Both the position numbers and the translations under genes were made by a program. A DNA stretch of 64,000 nucleotides from Auanema rhodensis (taxonomy: Eukaryota > Animalia > Nematoda). This document shows, one piece after another, positions 40,921-53,749 of this stretch (position 1 is its first letter; each line of letters begins with the position of its first letter). The notes under the pieces are model-generated. The model made no database searches and was not told where the DNA came from. It saw only the letters and a list, made by a program, of their open reading frames with translations. The stretch covers positions 11,966,001 to 12,030,000 of the forward strand of contig OZ059899.1 of assembly GCA_964057225.1 (NCBI GenBank). Reading direction: 5' to 3'.

Positions 40921-42849
40921 TTAAAAAATATCAAAGTTATCAACATGTTGGGGATGAACACGTTTTACATGCTTTTTTAGTTCACTAGCTAATGGATACT
41001 TCTTATCACAAAATTCGCATCCGTGATTCAGAACCTTCTCGTGTATCCGCCGTTTATGTATGCTGAGTGATGCTGGTGTGGAAAATCGTTTTTGACAATC
41101 AACACAAAGAAAAGGTAATTCTGGCTAAAAATAGATAAAACTATACTCAAACTTCAATTAATAAGCCAACTAACCGTATCAACCTTAGTATACATATGAA
41201 TATTTAACTGTTCTTTTCCATCGTGTTCTGGGTGTTTTCGCTTTATATGACGATTCCTGGATTGCATAGAAGCAAACACTTCAAGGCAATATGGGCACGA
41301 TTTATCTAAAAAAAGATAAGCAAATAATGTCATACGTGAATAACCAAGGGTATTTTTCCTTACCTTTCACTGGCCTACCAGAAACACTACTAATTAGGGA
41401 AGAGCAAACAGACACCGCAGGGCTAACTTGTGGACTACCAGCACATATTCTCTCTTTCGTTAGTTTTCTTTTTTCTAATATATGTTCCCTATTTAAACAA
41501 TAGTAACTATGTCTCTGAAAACAGTTGAATGAACAAAACATTTAAAAAAGGAAATATACTAACCTTATACTCTGATTCTAATCCGAAAGTTTTATGGCAT
41601 ATTTTACAATCAAATATTTTTTCTATAGCATTATCATCTAATCCAACAGAATGAACACTACTTTTGTGGATTGCTAAACTGCTTTCCTCTCTGAAAACAA
41701 ATTGACTGTAAAACAGAAAAAAACACCAGTAAACTGACTTAAACACAGATTTACACTTATTACACGAGAAATACCCATTTTTACTACGAATATGAGTTTG
41801 TTCATGCCTCCTCAAATGATGACCTCTCTTGAATCGCATATAACAGAATCGACATTTGAAAGCATATTCCTTAAAATAATTATAATTAAAACAATAATTA
41901 TGAAATAATATACCTTATTATTTTTTAAATGTTCATTTGATACATGTTGCCTACAAGACTCCTCGTCCAAGAATGCTTTACTACAGATAAAACAGCAAAA
42001 TACTTTTTTAGACTAAAAAACGATTAAAAAATAAAAATCTAATACACTGACAGTAACATACCCTATTAGCTTCTAATAATAAAGATCTCATTCTAGATAA
42101 TTCACGTTTCGACTTTTGTAATCTTTCCGTTTCCTCCTTAAGACTTAATTGTACTATTTCCCTTTCGTGTTCAGCTATAATTTCGTCTGCACGTTTTATT
42201 AGGGCTTGCTGTTGTAAAGCATATTCAGAGTCTTTATCGTTTAATTGTTCCTCAAGCTAAATAATTAGAATCATTAATAGAAAACTTGGCGCTATATTTA
42301 AACCTCATTGAGTATAACAGCATGCTCATCTTTCATTTGATAGTAATATTCATAGAATTCCTCATCATCTGAAGCGACATTTTCCTCAAGACTGGTACTA
42401 AGCTGGCTAAAACATGTTCATAAGTTAATTAAATTCCCAAAGGCTTAATAAACCTTTCATTTGATGAGAAAGATGAGTAGTCAAAGTCTAAACCGTCTAG
42501 TACAGCAGTGCTGGTCGAAGGTAGATTGTGTTCGAAGTAATTCTAAAAAAATATTATAAAAAAATGTATATTTTATAAATGCGTGGTTTATTCCCCTATT
42601 GTTTGGGTACTTAATATTACTCTAGTTTGAGGTACTATATTTTTAGGTTTAATTTTCCCAGGTTTGAGGCATTTTCTTTTAATACACATGTTTAAGTTTA
42701 TGAGTAATTACTGATTACGATATTAAAAAGAGAGAAAGGATAAAAGAAAAAAGCCTCTAATAAATTTAGAAATAAGAAACATAGTGCAGTACATGCACAT
42801 CAGAATTACTGGCAACGGCAATAGAAGATAACTCTTGATAAGTCTTCAT
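40921..42849 (-). CDS. Multi-C2H2 zinc-finger protein (about 7 fingers) with an acidic/helical N-terminus
   Basis: Fingers read CFICSKAF..SCRQHVSNEH, CRFCYMRFKRGHHLRRHEQTH, CNKCKSVF..SLAIHKSSVH, CKICHKTF, CPYCLEVF..RNRHIKRKH, CVDCQKRF..LSIHKRRIH and CEFCDKKY..LKKHVKRVH. The first exon (ATG 42849) is inferred from phase compatibility. Confidence 0.88.
42585..42698 (+). repeat. Tandem array of four degenerate SL1 spliced-leader-like sequences
   Basis: GGTTTAATTTTCCCAGGTTTGAG (42646-42668), ATTACTCTAGTTTGAG-GT (42616-42633), GGTTTATTCCCCTATTGTTTGG-GT (42585-42608) and TTTAATACACATGTTTAAG (42678-42696) each resemble SL1, GGTTTAATTACCCAAGTTTGAG. Confidence 0.7.
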
Positions 42850-43235
42850 AACAGCAAGAAATGAAACTAACGAGAAATATATTGACTCTCGAGAATCTGA
42901 AAAGTTAATATGAGTTTAAAATTGGAACTGTTCATATATAACAGCGGCATGTGAAAGATTAAAAAATCGGAATTGTAAAAAAGGAAATGAAAGAATGCAA
43001 CATATCTATGACAATATGACTGGAGTGTCACAACAGTCAATCCATTCAACCCACGCGACGCGACCGCGTTGCGGGATTCGTAGACGGTCCTGCAACGAAA
43101 TATTCAACTTTCTGGCATTTTTTCAAGTTTTAATAATTCCTGAAAAATTCATGTATAAATTACAGATTATGTTATAATTTTCGACAATATTATATAATTA
43201 AGTAAGATTCTTTCTAGGAAGGGTAAAAGAGGTGT

Positions 43236-46200
43236 ATGGCTGAGCAAAATTTTCACGGAGGACCGGTTATGCAATGTCGTATGGAGTGCTTGTATGTGAA
43301 TAGTAGTTTCAGTGAAATTTTTATATCCATGAATTCAGCTACATAGACGAGTCCTTCGATCGCACCTCATTTTTAAATTTTGGTGATGTTAAGCTAGAGC
43401 TATGTCTGGATGACCCATCATTGAGAGATCGTGATTCGGCAAGAATCCATACCAGTAATCTTTCGGATTTCAGAGGAGACGTATGTTTCGAATAACAGGG
43501 CATATCATAGAATTATTTAGACTCGTATTCCGCAAGGTCGATCATTGACTGTGTCTAAAAATCTGATTGCTTACCGATTCACTTTTGAAAACTCGACAGC
43601 TGTTCGCATCCTAAATAAGGAGTTGAAGAATCGTCGAGTTCTCAAGGTAAGTTAAAATATATAAATGCGGTATATTGTGTTTGATTCAAGCAATTTCTTG
43701 ATACTCCGGTTGATGTTCAATTCGCCACTCATTCTTGTCTGTTAGCCGTAGTTGATAACTCCAATAACTTATATGTATACAAAGTAAATGAAAGTGTTGT
43801 AGAACCGTAAGAAATTTCTGTTTATCGTAACATTAAACAAATATTTTTAAGTAAAAAGTATGTTCAAATCAGTGATTGGCCAGTTGATGAGAAATTGGGC
43901 GATAACACTATTTTACCTCGAATCTCTTGGTGTCCTTATGCACCTGAAAACCCTTCAGATCCAAGCGATGTATGTGATCTAATTGCTGTATTCAGAGTAA
44001 GATAATTGAGTAATTCCTGTTTAAACGATAGTTTTCTTGTAGGGAACTAAGGTACATGTGATCAATCTTAACATAATTGCTGCAAAATATGGCGATTCAG
44101 CTACTATTACATATGAAAAAGCCAAAGAGGTTGATGCCGTTCTTGTTATTGAAGATGAAGAAGTAATGAAATAATATTGTAAATTGTTTCTATATTCAAT
44201 ATTGTTTTACAGAATGTTTCTGTTGTATGCATTTCACCTGATTCTACAGCGGTAGCTGTTGGAACAGAGAAGGGGGTTGTTTCTTTCCATGTTATCAATG
44301 GTGACAAAGCAAAATTCGCGCACAGCTGGAGACCGGAAGTCAAGAACGGTATATCAGATCTGTTTTTCTTGGATGATATTTCCAGCCTGAACTCACCGAG
44401 CTCGTGAGTCATATACGTTAGTTAATCGCGAAATAATCAATACAGTTCTAGTGAACCGGAAAGATTCTGGAGGCACTGTGTAATTGTATCAAATGAAGGA
44501 CGTGATATAGCTCTTTTTGAATGTGAACGTTGGAAACGTAAAAGTGCGGTTTACTCAGTTAATTCTATTTGAAACTTCTTTGTCTGTTTAGGTTTTGTTT
44601 CGATTTCGTCAACATCACGTTTTAAAGCTTACATGGATCCTCGTGTTCGTTATGTGAATTTACTTGATGAGAGTGGAACAGTGAGTAAATTTACTGAATG
44701 TATTGCTCATTTGTGAATCTTTTTGAGGTTATGCTGTGTTTGGAAATACACCGTCCTGCACCAGTATTTGCTTCCGTCACTAAATTAGGATTCCATAGTC
44801 CTCTCATCTCAATTCATCCGTATGATGTTCAAGATTGTAATCTGAATTCGTCTTACGATGGTTTGTAACCGTACACTCATTAACCTTAAAAACAAAACGT
44901 AATTACAGGTGAATTAGAAGATGATTCTTCAGACGATCGTAACGATACAGTTATATCCTCATATATTTCATTAGGAACCAAGGCGTTAGCTCAGCTATCA
45001 GTAAATTTGGAGAAAGTGGAAGTATGGGTAAGTTATTGTTATAGTTCATCTAATATTATCAGTCGTTTAGGGTATTCGGGAATCGGATTCTGAAGAGTCA
45101 GCCAAGTAAGCCTGTTTTATTAGTCATTTTTTATTTTATGTTTCCTGTAGGGATGAGCCTCAACCTCCTCAAGATGCGTACAATGAGGCAAGGGAATCAG
45201 CTCGTTCTTGGCATAGTATGGACAAAGACGAAATTGATCAAAAATTCAGTGATTTAGGAAATAAAGTGAGTTTGATTATCTAATTGCATTAGTTGTATCT
45301 TCTTTTCTAGTTGGATCAACTTACTTATCAAGTACAGCGAATGGAAAATGATCAAAGACATGGTTCTGTTAATGATAACATCCTCCAATCTCTACAACAA
45401 TTTCGTAAGAATACTCGTCGTTGTTCCTTTTAAATGTTTTATTGATTCAGGAGAAGAATTTTCTTTACGGGAAGATCGTTTACTTGCTAATATATCCGAT
45501 TTGATGGAATCTAACAGAAGTGAGACTATTATGGTTATAAGAAATGTTCTTAATGAGAATTCTGTCGCTGTTCAAAATTCAATTCAAATGAACAATAACG
45601 TAAGGCATTTTGGAAGTCGTTTAGATGCCACACCTTTTTTTTTTCAGCAAGCGTCAGATTCTATAACTTCAAGAGTCACAGACTCACTTGCTAATATGAT
45701 TGTTCCTTCTCTTGATCGTATTTGTACTCAACTCTTCAAGCAGCTAAATGAATCATTCCGCCTTGGCATGGAACAGGTTTAAATTATCAAGTTTTTACCT
45801 ATTCTGACTATATGAATATACAGTATATGGTACAACTGCGAGCATTGCATAATGCAACTCTGGCAGCTGTTGCAAGTGCAACTCCAGCTCCTCCAGTGTC
45901 TGTTTCTGCTGATCGACAGGCTTTGATTCAAATGATTAAGGGTCGACAAGGATCTCAAGCTTTAGAAACTGTATGAAAGAAAATAATATGGATAGTTGAT
46001 AGGAATAATTGTAGGTACTAAATCAAGGCGATGTAAATGCTCTGGAATTTGTAATTAATCATTTGGACCCCGATGAGTTTTTCGCTTCAAATCACTTATC
46101 ACAAGCTGTTCTTATTTCTTTATGCCAACAGTTATCGTTACGTATTGAATCTGACACTGACCTGAAATTCAGGTAACTGAGTTTTATATTTAAATTTTAA

Positions 46201-46451
46201 CTTTTCTTGTTTTCAGATATTTTGAACACATATTAGAACGTCTTGATCCAGATGATCGAGACATAAGTCTCATGGTACCTAACGTGCTTCGAAGTTTATC
46301 TCAGGTTTTGACGGGTAAAACTTCTTCCAACTTACCTTTATTTCACCAAGAGAATATTTCAGAGATGCAAACTAAAAGTACAAATAACGCTGTGAAACGA
46401 CCGGCTCGTGTCTTGAATCAAATCATCAAAAGCTTACTGCAAAAAAATTAG
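43236..46451 (+). CDS. edc-4: Enhancer of mRNA decapping 4 (EDC4/Ge-1): N-terminal WD40 region, coiled coil, C-terminal Ge-1 domain
   Basis: The WD40 start reads GRSLTVSKNLIAYR...VRILN...RRVLK and PRISWCPY. The C-terminus LETVLNQGDVNALEFVINHLDPDEFF..LSQAVLISLCQQLS..DTDLKFRYFE..LDPDD is typical of Ge-1. Confidence 0.85.
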
Positions 46452-49400
46452 ATTCGAAGAAATACTTATCGTTAGAAAGAAAATGAGTGAGTGAGGCGCG
46501 TGAGAGGAAGGTAGAAAAATGGGAGAAAGATAATGATGTTTGCTTCTATTTATTTCATATTTAGATCAGAAGTGTAGAGGGTTTTTTTTCATATAATCTT
46601 CTTCAGAACATTAGTATAATTTAACTTATAGACTTGTATAATTATATTGCTCAGTCTTCAACATGTTTTGTGAAAACTCTTAGATTAGACTCGCGATTTT
46701 GTGATTCCTGACTTTCTTCTTGAAGCTTTGTTTTGTATTTTACTGATTAGAAAGAAACTATATTGATTTTTGGGTGCGACGTAACACCGTTTATGATCAT
46801 GCCACAACATCTGTACTCCATATCTTTTTCCAAATGCTTTGTAGAAGTGACGTCACTAAAAATTCCCTCCTTATATGATTATTGTAATGTTTATACCGGT
46901 ATGAAAATGTGGGTTAACAAGATCAATAAAGCATATCCCACAACCTTCTGTGTTTTTTTGTTGTGTTTTTTTGGGTTGTGTTTGAAACCCTTCTATATCA
47001 TTATCGTGTTCATATTTTTCCTATGATGACTCATATCTCTAACATGTGCTCTGGAACGTTATGTCTCTTTTCCGTTTGCCTATTTTTCCTCTTTCCTTCA
47101 GCCCACCTTCACCCGCCTCCTTTCATTCTTTTTTTTTATCTTTTTCTCTTCATCTCTCCCTTTTAGTGTTTGCGATTTGCTTACTTCATATTTTCCGTTC
47201 TGTTGTGCAACAAGGAAATATTCATACAACGAGAAACTTTTCGATGTATTTTACAATCAAACACAGATCGTTCGTTCTGTGGTTGCATAGACTATCTCTT
47301 TCTATCTGTCTGTATTCTTTTACCTTCGTCGTTCTTTATGAAGTCGAGACTGACGGAAATGTGCGTACATATTGAGAGAAAGAGATATTGAGAACAGAAA
47401 GAAAAAGGGAGGGAAAGAGGTTGGGGAAAAGGAAGGAAGAAAGAGATAGATCCCACGTGTCTCACAACAGCAGCTGCTGCTTCTTATTTTTGTCATTTCG
47501 ATTCTTGTATATGTTAAATTGAATATTTCGTTCAATTTTCTCGTAATTACCTTGGTTTTTTCTTTGAAAAACTCGTATCTTTCCAGTGAACTTCCTTAAG
47601 TCTTAATACTAGAATTAAGTCGGTCTTATTCTTAACCCTGCAATGTGTGAGCAGTTCAATGAGATCACAATCTTGTAAATCTTCATTGTCTGTAGTTCTA
47701 TATAATACAACTTATTCTGAAAACGATTGAACCTAAGAAACTTATTCGTTCACATTTTATTCAATCTTTCGTATTATGAAATAATATGACCTTTTTGTTT
47801 GCTCTAATCGTTCAGAACCTTCGCAACATGATGAGGGACAGAGAGAATGAGTGAAGGGTACATTTGAAAAGAGAGAAGCTAAAATAGATAGCTTATATAC
47901 TGAAGAGAAATCTCTCTTTTTCTTTTAATTCTCTTTCCCTTCTATATCTCTTCGTATCCCCAACATTACCAAACATCGAATTAGTTCAATGTTACTGCTC
48001 AATCACCAGTTTTCCTCTAAGATGGCTGTCCATGTCTACTGAGTGATTTGGGAGTTCTAAACGAGTTGACTAGCTCACATAGCATAAGAGGGATGTTACT
48101 GAGCATTGTTTAACACGCAATGGTCGGAAATTGAACTGCAGAGCATTTGTTTGGTTTCGTCTCCTCGAGCCCTACCCCCAGGCTTTTCATATGCACCACG
48201 AATCTATATTATATTGCCCTATTGACTCAATCTCTATTGTTGTGAGAAACGATTATAAACTAATACTTATTTCGATCACCCAAACCATACGGCTTTCATT
48301 ATTTCATTTTTGTTTTGCCTTCCACGTCTGTCTCTTCTGTATCCAATTCCTCTCCCACGCCCAACTATCTCACTTTTCCTCAAATTTACAGTCGATACCC
48401 ACCCCTCTTGCAGAGTGCGCTGTATTGCCTGACTCATCTGCTTTAGTACTGAAATAATTTCCTACTTTCGTCATTCTTCTAAGCACTTATCGGACTATCA
48501 AATTGCTATTGTATCAGTATTATGTGATGAACTTTTCAATGTAGTGTAGAGGAATATTGCAATCTCTTATCATTCAACTACTATCAATCTGGCAATTTCA
48601 GTCTTTAACCAAGTTCAAAATCAATTTTCTTTTAGCTAACTTTTCCATACTATACGAATTTTAAAATTTCTAATTAGCTGCAATTTTTGTTCTTTTCTTT
48701 GGATTATTTGAAAAAGAGAAGAAGATCGAGAGCCTTTTTTCTGTTTCTTTTGACTCCGCACTCGCCAGATATTCCTCTCGTCCTCCTTAAAAGGCTAGCA
48801 TGTTTGTACTCCACTGTGTCAACTAGAATGATGCTGCTCATCGCTATGTCACTCAAATTATCGTGGAAAGCTTCTTACCCCATTTACTAATCAACTTCAT
48901 GCCCTTTATGCAACATTCGTTTCCACAGTATTTTCCAATCAAACAGTCTGACTGTTTTTAACCTGAAGTACCTCCTGGTAGAGAAGAACATGTCACACTC
49001 TTTGAAGAAGCATATTTTTAAAAAGTTTCTTCATTAAAATACCTTTAAAATGCTTCTTTGCTTTCAATTTCTCGTTTACTAAATGCATTCAGGCTGAATT
49101 CAATTATTTCCATATTGTTCAATCTAACTGGTTGTCCAATTGTCTGTTTAACCAAACGATCATGCTTGTTTTCTAAAGATTCTACTATAGTTTAGCTTCA
49201 GTTTCATCTTTCCGTATGTTGTCTCTTCCGTATTTGGTTATTTCTATATCGCTCATCGTCTTTTCGTATTATCATATGATTGATTGAGCTTTTACTCTCC
49301 TCCGTCTCTTTTCATTCTTAAGCCGTATGGTGTCTATTGATTCACTCTCGTTACTAGCCACACATATGTTATGAATGACCTTAATTGGTTTGTGGTAGGT

Positions 49401-50880
49401 AGTTCAAGTACAGGAGTTGAGTTGTTTCATCTTCTTGTACACAATCGAGGTCACACACCATCATTGAAATGGACCGCCTCGATCCTTCCTCATCCTTCAG
49501 CAACATGTTGTTTTCTGAATTTTTCTCCAGAATTTCAGCACAATGCTTTGCTCTATCTTCTTACCGGCTAAATCATTCTTATTTCCATTGAAAGGCTGCC
49601 TCCACTCTTCTTTTTCCGTCTCATTTCCCTCAAATTTATATCTCAATCCGCGCTGGTCTATAATGTGCAGGCAGGCCACCAGTTCGTTATTTCTCAGCCA
49701 CATGCGTGGTCACAGTGCATCATCTGTGTCGTTTCCCCATCTCATATTGAATCGATTAGTCAATCGAATCTTTTTTCCAATCGACGTTCAGTTTTGTTTC
49801 TAGCAATTTCATCAAAATAGCTCCAATTTGTCAACCTCACATTCCGTATAAGAAATAATTGATTTGTAATAGGCTATCGCTATTTCCGAGCTGCTTGTCC
49901 GTCGGGAATTGCTAACGGTCGATGAGTCAGCGTCCCTTTCTGAAAGTCAGCTGGCACATGTTCCATGTAAGCTAACCCATATGCACCCGACCAATACCAC
50001 GATCTCTTCTCTCTCTTCCACACCATACTCATTGGCGCATTGTTATATGATTATGGAACTAGTTCCATGTCTTACAACTTTCGCATTTAAATTTTCCGTT
50101 TCCGGAAGACCTATGCGATTATAACTTGCCGCTGTTCCTCTCTTTTCATATTTTCATACCATACAAAGTCGCGCACACATCCAACGCACACATTGACGAA
50201 CATACACAACCTTGCTGACGACAACGACCACGACGACGTCAACCGCCTCCTTCTGTCTTACTTTCTGACCTCTCTCACCTTCTCTACTTCTACCAATTTC
50301 TCGTTTTCTATTTTCACCACGAAAAAAAGAGGCAATGCTCTGTTTTCTGTCATTGAAATTGATTTATGGATGCTATTTCGTGCAATTTCCATGGGCAAGG
50401 TATTGAATATAGCCACGGTACATGCTTAGATCAGCACATGCATCTATGGCCTAGCTTGGCCATTTATTTCCGAATAAGGCCATCCAGTTTCCCATTGCAC
50501 GATGTATGTGGCTTTTTAGTCGATTGAACATGGGTCAACTATGACAGCGAAATTCGAGCGGCAGCTGCAACATATGATGCAGATTAGCTTTATCTTCTTC
50601 GGGTTCTCTTTCTTTTACAGAACGACAGACACACGTGTTCTGCCTTTTGTGGTCAATAAATACATGACATCGGCATCATTGAATCCTCGCATGTTTTTTA
50701 TTTTTCTCTTCTTGTATCCTCAGATCCTTCTCATCTCTCAACAGTTTTTTTCTATAGCTATAGTCATCGTTCTATTGACTTTCTACTGTATTTTATTTCG
50801 GCTGTCTTTGATCTTTTTTTATTTCTTCGCATTCTAGCTTCGTGGACCAACTTGTAGATGAATGATTCTTAGGAGTGAAA

Positions 50881-53173
50881 ATGGCAACAGTTCAGGTTTT
50901 TTCTTTTTTTTTTGCAACTTTTGTACTTTTTTTCTTGTGAAGAATGATATTATGGCTGGCGGAAGCGTCAAGAATATTGTTGATCGTTTCTCGCGAGATT
51001 TTTCCTCCGCTAAACCTTCGCTTAACTCAAACGAGGTTAGAAAACGTAAGTTATTACTGTAAAACTTCTGATTCTCAAGTTAATGGTTTCAGCTGTAGGT
51101 CCTAAGCCTGTTGTTCACCCATTAGTTGTAGTTACATTTCAATATTCTTCTGCCCAAGCTGATGAGTTAAATTTGGTAGTTGGAGACACTATTGAGGTAA
51201 TTTTGGTTTATTATTCTATTTTTCTACGATTTGAATCGTTTTGTTTGGTATTTTTCACGTTTTACCACTAATAAGTGACTATCTTTTATGCTAATTATTT
51301 AGATTTTGGAAGAAGTTGAAGAAGGGTGGGCCAAAGGTCGTATTCAACGTACTGGTGAAGTAGGTGTATTTCCAACGAACTTCGTTGAAAGCAAAGGTAT
51401 TGGATTTACGTATTTTCCTTCAATTTTTATCGTTTTACAGGTTCTCCTGTTACTGCTCCCTCGATGTCCACGTCAATGACGACAAAAGAGGATACCGCTG
51501 TAGTGAAGAGAGTTGTTTCAGACGATAAACCCGAAGCAATTAAGAGAACTCCATCTGTCGTTCTCCCGTATGTTATTTACATAAGAAATTGAATATTTAT
51601 GTTTTCCATGTTAGAAACTCTTCAATTCCTCTGCTCTCTATGAGCAAAGAAGAAGTTAAGGATGAAAAGACCAAAGAAATGGCTAGAATTAAGTTCGTGT
51701 ATGAACCTCATCATGCCGACGAGTTACATCTCGACGAAATTGGTAATTAGCTTATGGTACTTTTCGGATTATTTTTTTTCTTAAGGATCTCTTATTGAAA
51801 TTTTACGTAAAGATTGTGGCGATGCTGGATGGTTTGAAGGAGAACTCAATGGAAAGAAAGGCTTGTTCCCTGATAACTTCGTGGAATTAGTCCAGGTATG
51901 TCATCTACTCAGTTCATTCCTTATTTTTTCTCATCTAATGGTTTCAGATGCCAGTATCATGTAAGTCCGGAAATCCGAAAGTTTCACATGTCGCTAAAAG
52001 CGATAAGCCGATGAAAGCTCCTTTGGTTCCGCCCAGTGATATATCCGTTGCTCCTCCAGCTGTTCCGGCGAAGCCCACTAAACCGAAATTCACCGAATCA
52101 GCTCCACCAATGAATAGTTGTGCGTTTCCTGATCTAGTTGATCTGAATAATTTCTACTTTTAGCTACTTCCGCTCCCCCCGCTCCATCTTCTTCAACTAA
52201 GCCTGTTTCCTCTAATTTTGCTAAAAACAGAAGCAGAGTTGCTCAGGTAATCGTTATCTAATCGATTGAACTTTAATATTTTAATGTTTAGGGATTAAAA
52301 GTTGTTGCCCCTGGTGATGCTGTGCCATCAGTACTCTCCAAATCTACTATTGTTCCTGGTTCTTATTCTGAACCTAGCGGTCCAACCAGCACTAGACCAT
52401 TAAGTACTATTGAGGTAAGAGAGTTAAAGCTAATACTTGTTTTTAATTGTTATTTTTGTTTGTGTAGCCTAGATATGAAGAAAGCGATGAAGCTACTCAG
52501 CTGAATCACGTCACTAAAGACCGTCCAAGACCTCCTGGTAAGAGACCAATGAGTGCTTTGGTTCAAAATAAGCGTCAGGTATGCCTATAAACTCGTTTTC
52601 AAATTTCTGATCGATTAACTAAATACAGTCAAATGACAATGTCCTCGAGAGTCCGACTGCATCATCGGATGGTTTTGTCCTCGTTTCGTCTTTAACTAAT
52701 CAGTTCCCGACTTCCACTGTTGAGGTAAGTTGTAGTTGTTTGATTCTTTAGTGGAAATCGATTTTATTGTTGTAACATTCAAGGCATCTTCTACTTCAAG
52801 TCCAGTTAAAACTTCTGTTGCCATGAAACCTTTCCTGAAAGAAGAAGTAAAGAAAGAAGAATTATCTGCGTCAACTTCTATGAAGTCGAATACATCATTC
52901 CCCGTGAAAGAAAAACCTTTCTTATCCAATACTACTGAAAGTAAGTTTTTCTTCGTAGAATTTCCGTCTTATCGCAATATTGTTACAGCACCATCTTTCA
53001 AATCAGCTGTTGGAGGTAGTGCTGGTGACTATGATTATGTGAGCAGAAGAGAGTACAATGAGCTGCTCAATAAGGTCTTGCCATTCTACTTAGCTTCTTA
53101 ACTTAATCCAAACGATTTACAGGTAGCTGCTTTGGAATGTAAGATAGCCAATCTTGAAAATGCCAATCGGTAA
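50881..53173 (+). CDS. CD2AP/CIN85-like SH3 adaptor (two SH3 domains, Pro-rich region, capping-protein interaction motif, terminal coiled coil)
   Basis: The SH3 domains read FQYSSAQADELNLVVGDTIE..EVEEGWAKG..GVFPTNFV and FVYEPHHADEL..DAGWFEGELNGKKGLFPDNFV. The CPI motif is LNHVTKDRPRPPGKRP and the C-terminus is YNELLNKVAALECKIANLE. The start is 50881 or 50952. Confidence 0.85.
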
Positions 53174-53719
53174 ATTATATCGTCCATCATTCGAACTACT
53201 ACTTCTGTTAGCCAAGGTTGAATAGCCTAAAAACGTGTCAAATTGATAGTCATGCAGATGTTTCTAATATATTTTGTCTATTTGTGTCTTTTATTGCTTT
53301 ATTATTCTCCTGTGATACTACATATTATGTTCTCTTCAGTATACCGTAATGATTTTGTTGTCTCAACAGGAATTCTGCTTTTGTCACAGTGAATTGAGCC
53401 ATTGAAAACGGACTTTTCTGTCCCTTTTTTCTTTTCTTCATTAGCTTCATGTGACCTACACTTATTTTCTTGCTTAAAAAACGGTTATTTTGGCAATATA
53501 TCAGGAGCTCATTCACCATTTTTCAATTATCACTATGGTATTGCTTTACACCAAATGTTGTGTGCTGCTCTATTTTCTCCATTTCCATATATTTCGTCTC
53601 TAACATCTCTTTATTCCCATCTTTAGTTTAGTTCAAAACAACATGTCATTGACCGATCAAGTGATTTTCTCTTCATCTATCTTCCTTTTTCGATGTTTCC
53701 CTCATATGCTTTTCTCATT

Positions 53720-53749
53720 TTCTCTCTCTCTCTCTCTCTCCCTCTCTCT
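53720..53749. repeat. (CT)n microsatellite
   Basis: Visible CT run downstream of the SH3 gene. Confidence 0.85.

Noticed and set aside
42585-42760. Functional SL RNA gene
   Set aside because: The best copy is followed by GC rather than GT, and I see no Sm site (AATTTTGG) or 3' stem-loop within about 80 nt. I kept it only as an SL-like motif array.
52670-52702. Apparent short intron in the SH3 gene (gttttg...aatcag)
   Set aside because: Splicing it creates an immediate stop, while reading through keeps the frame (SDGFVLVSSLTNQFPTSTVE).
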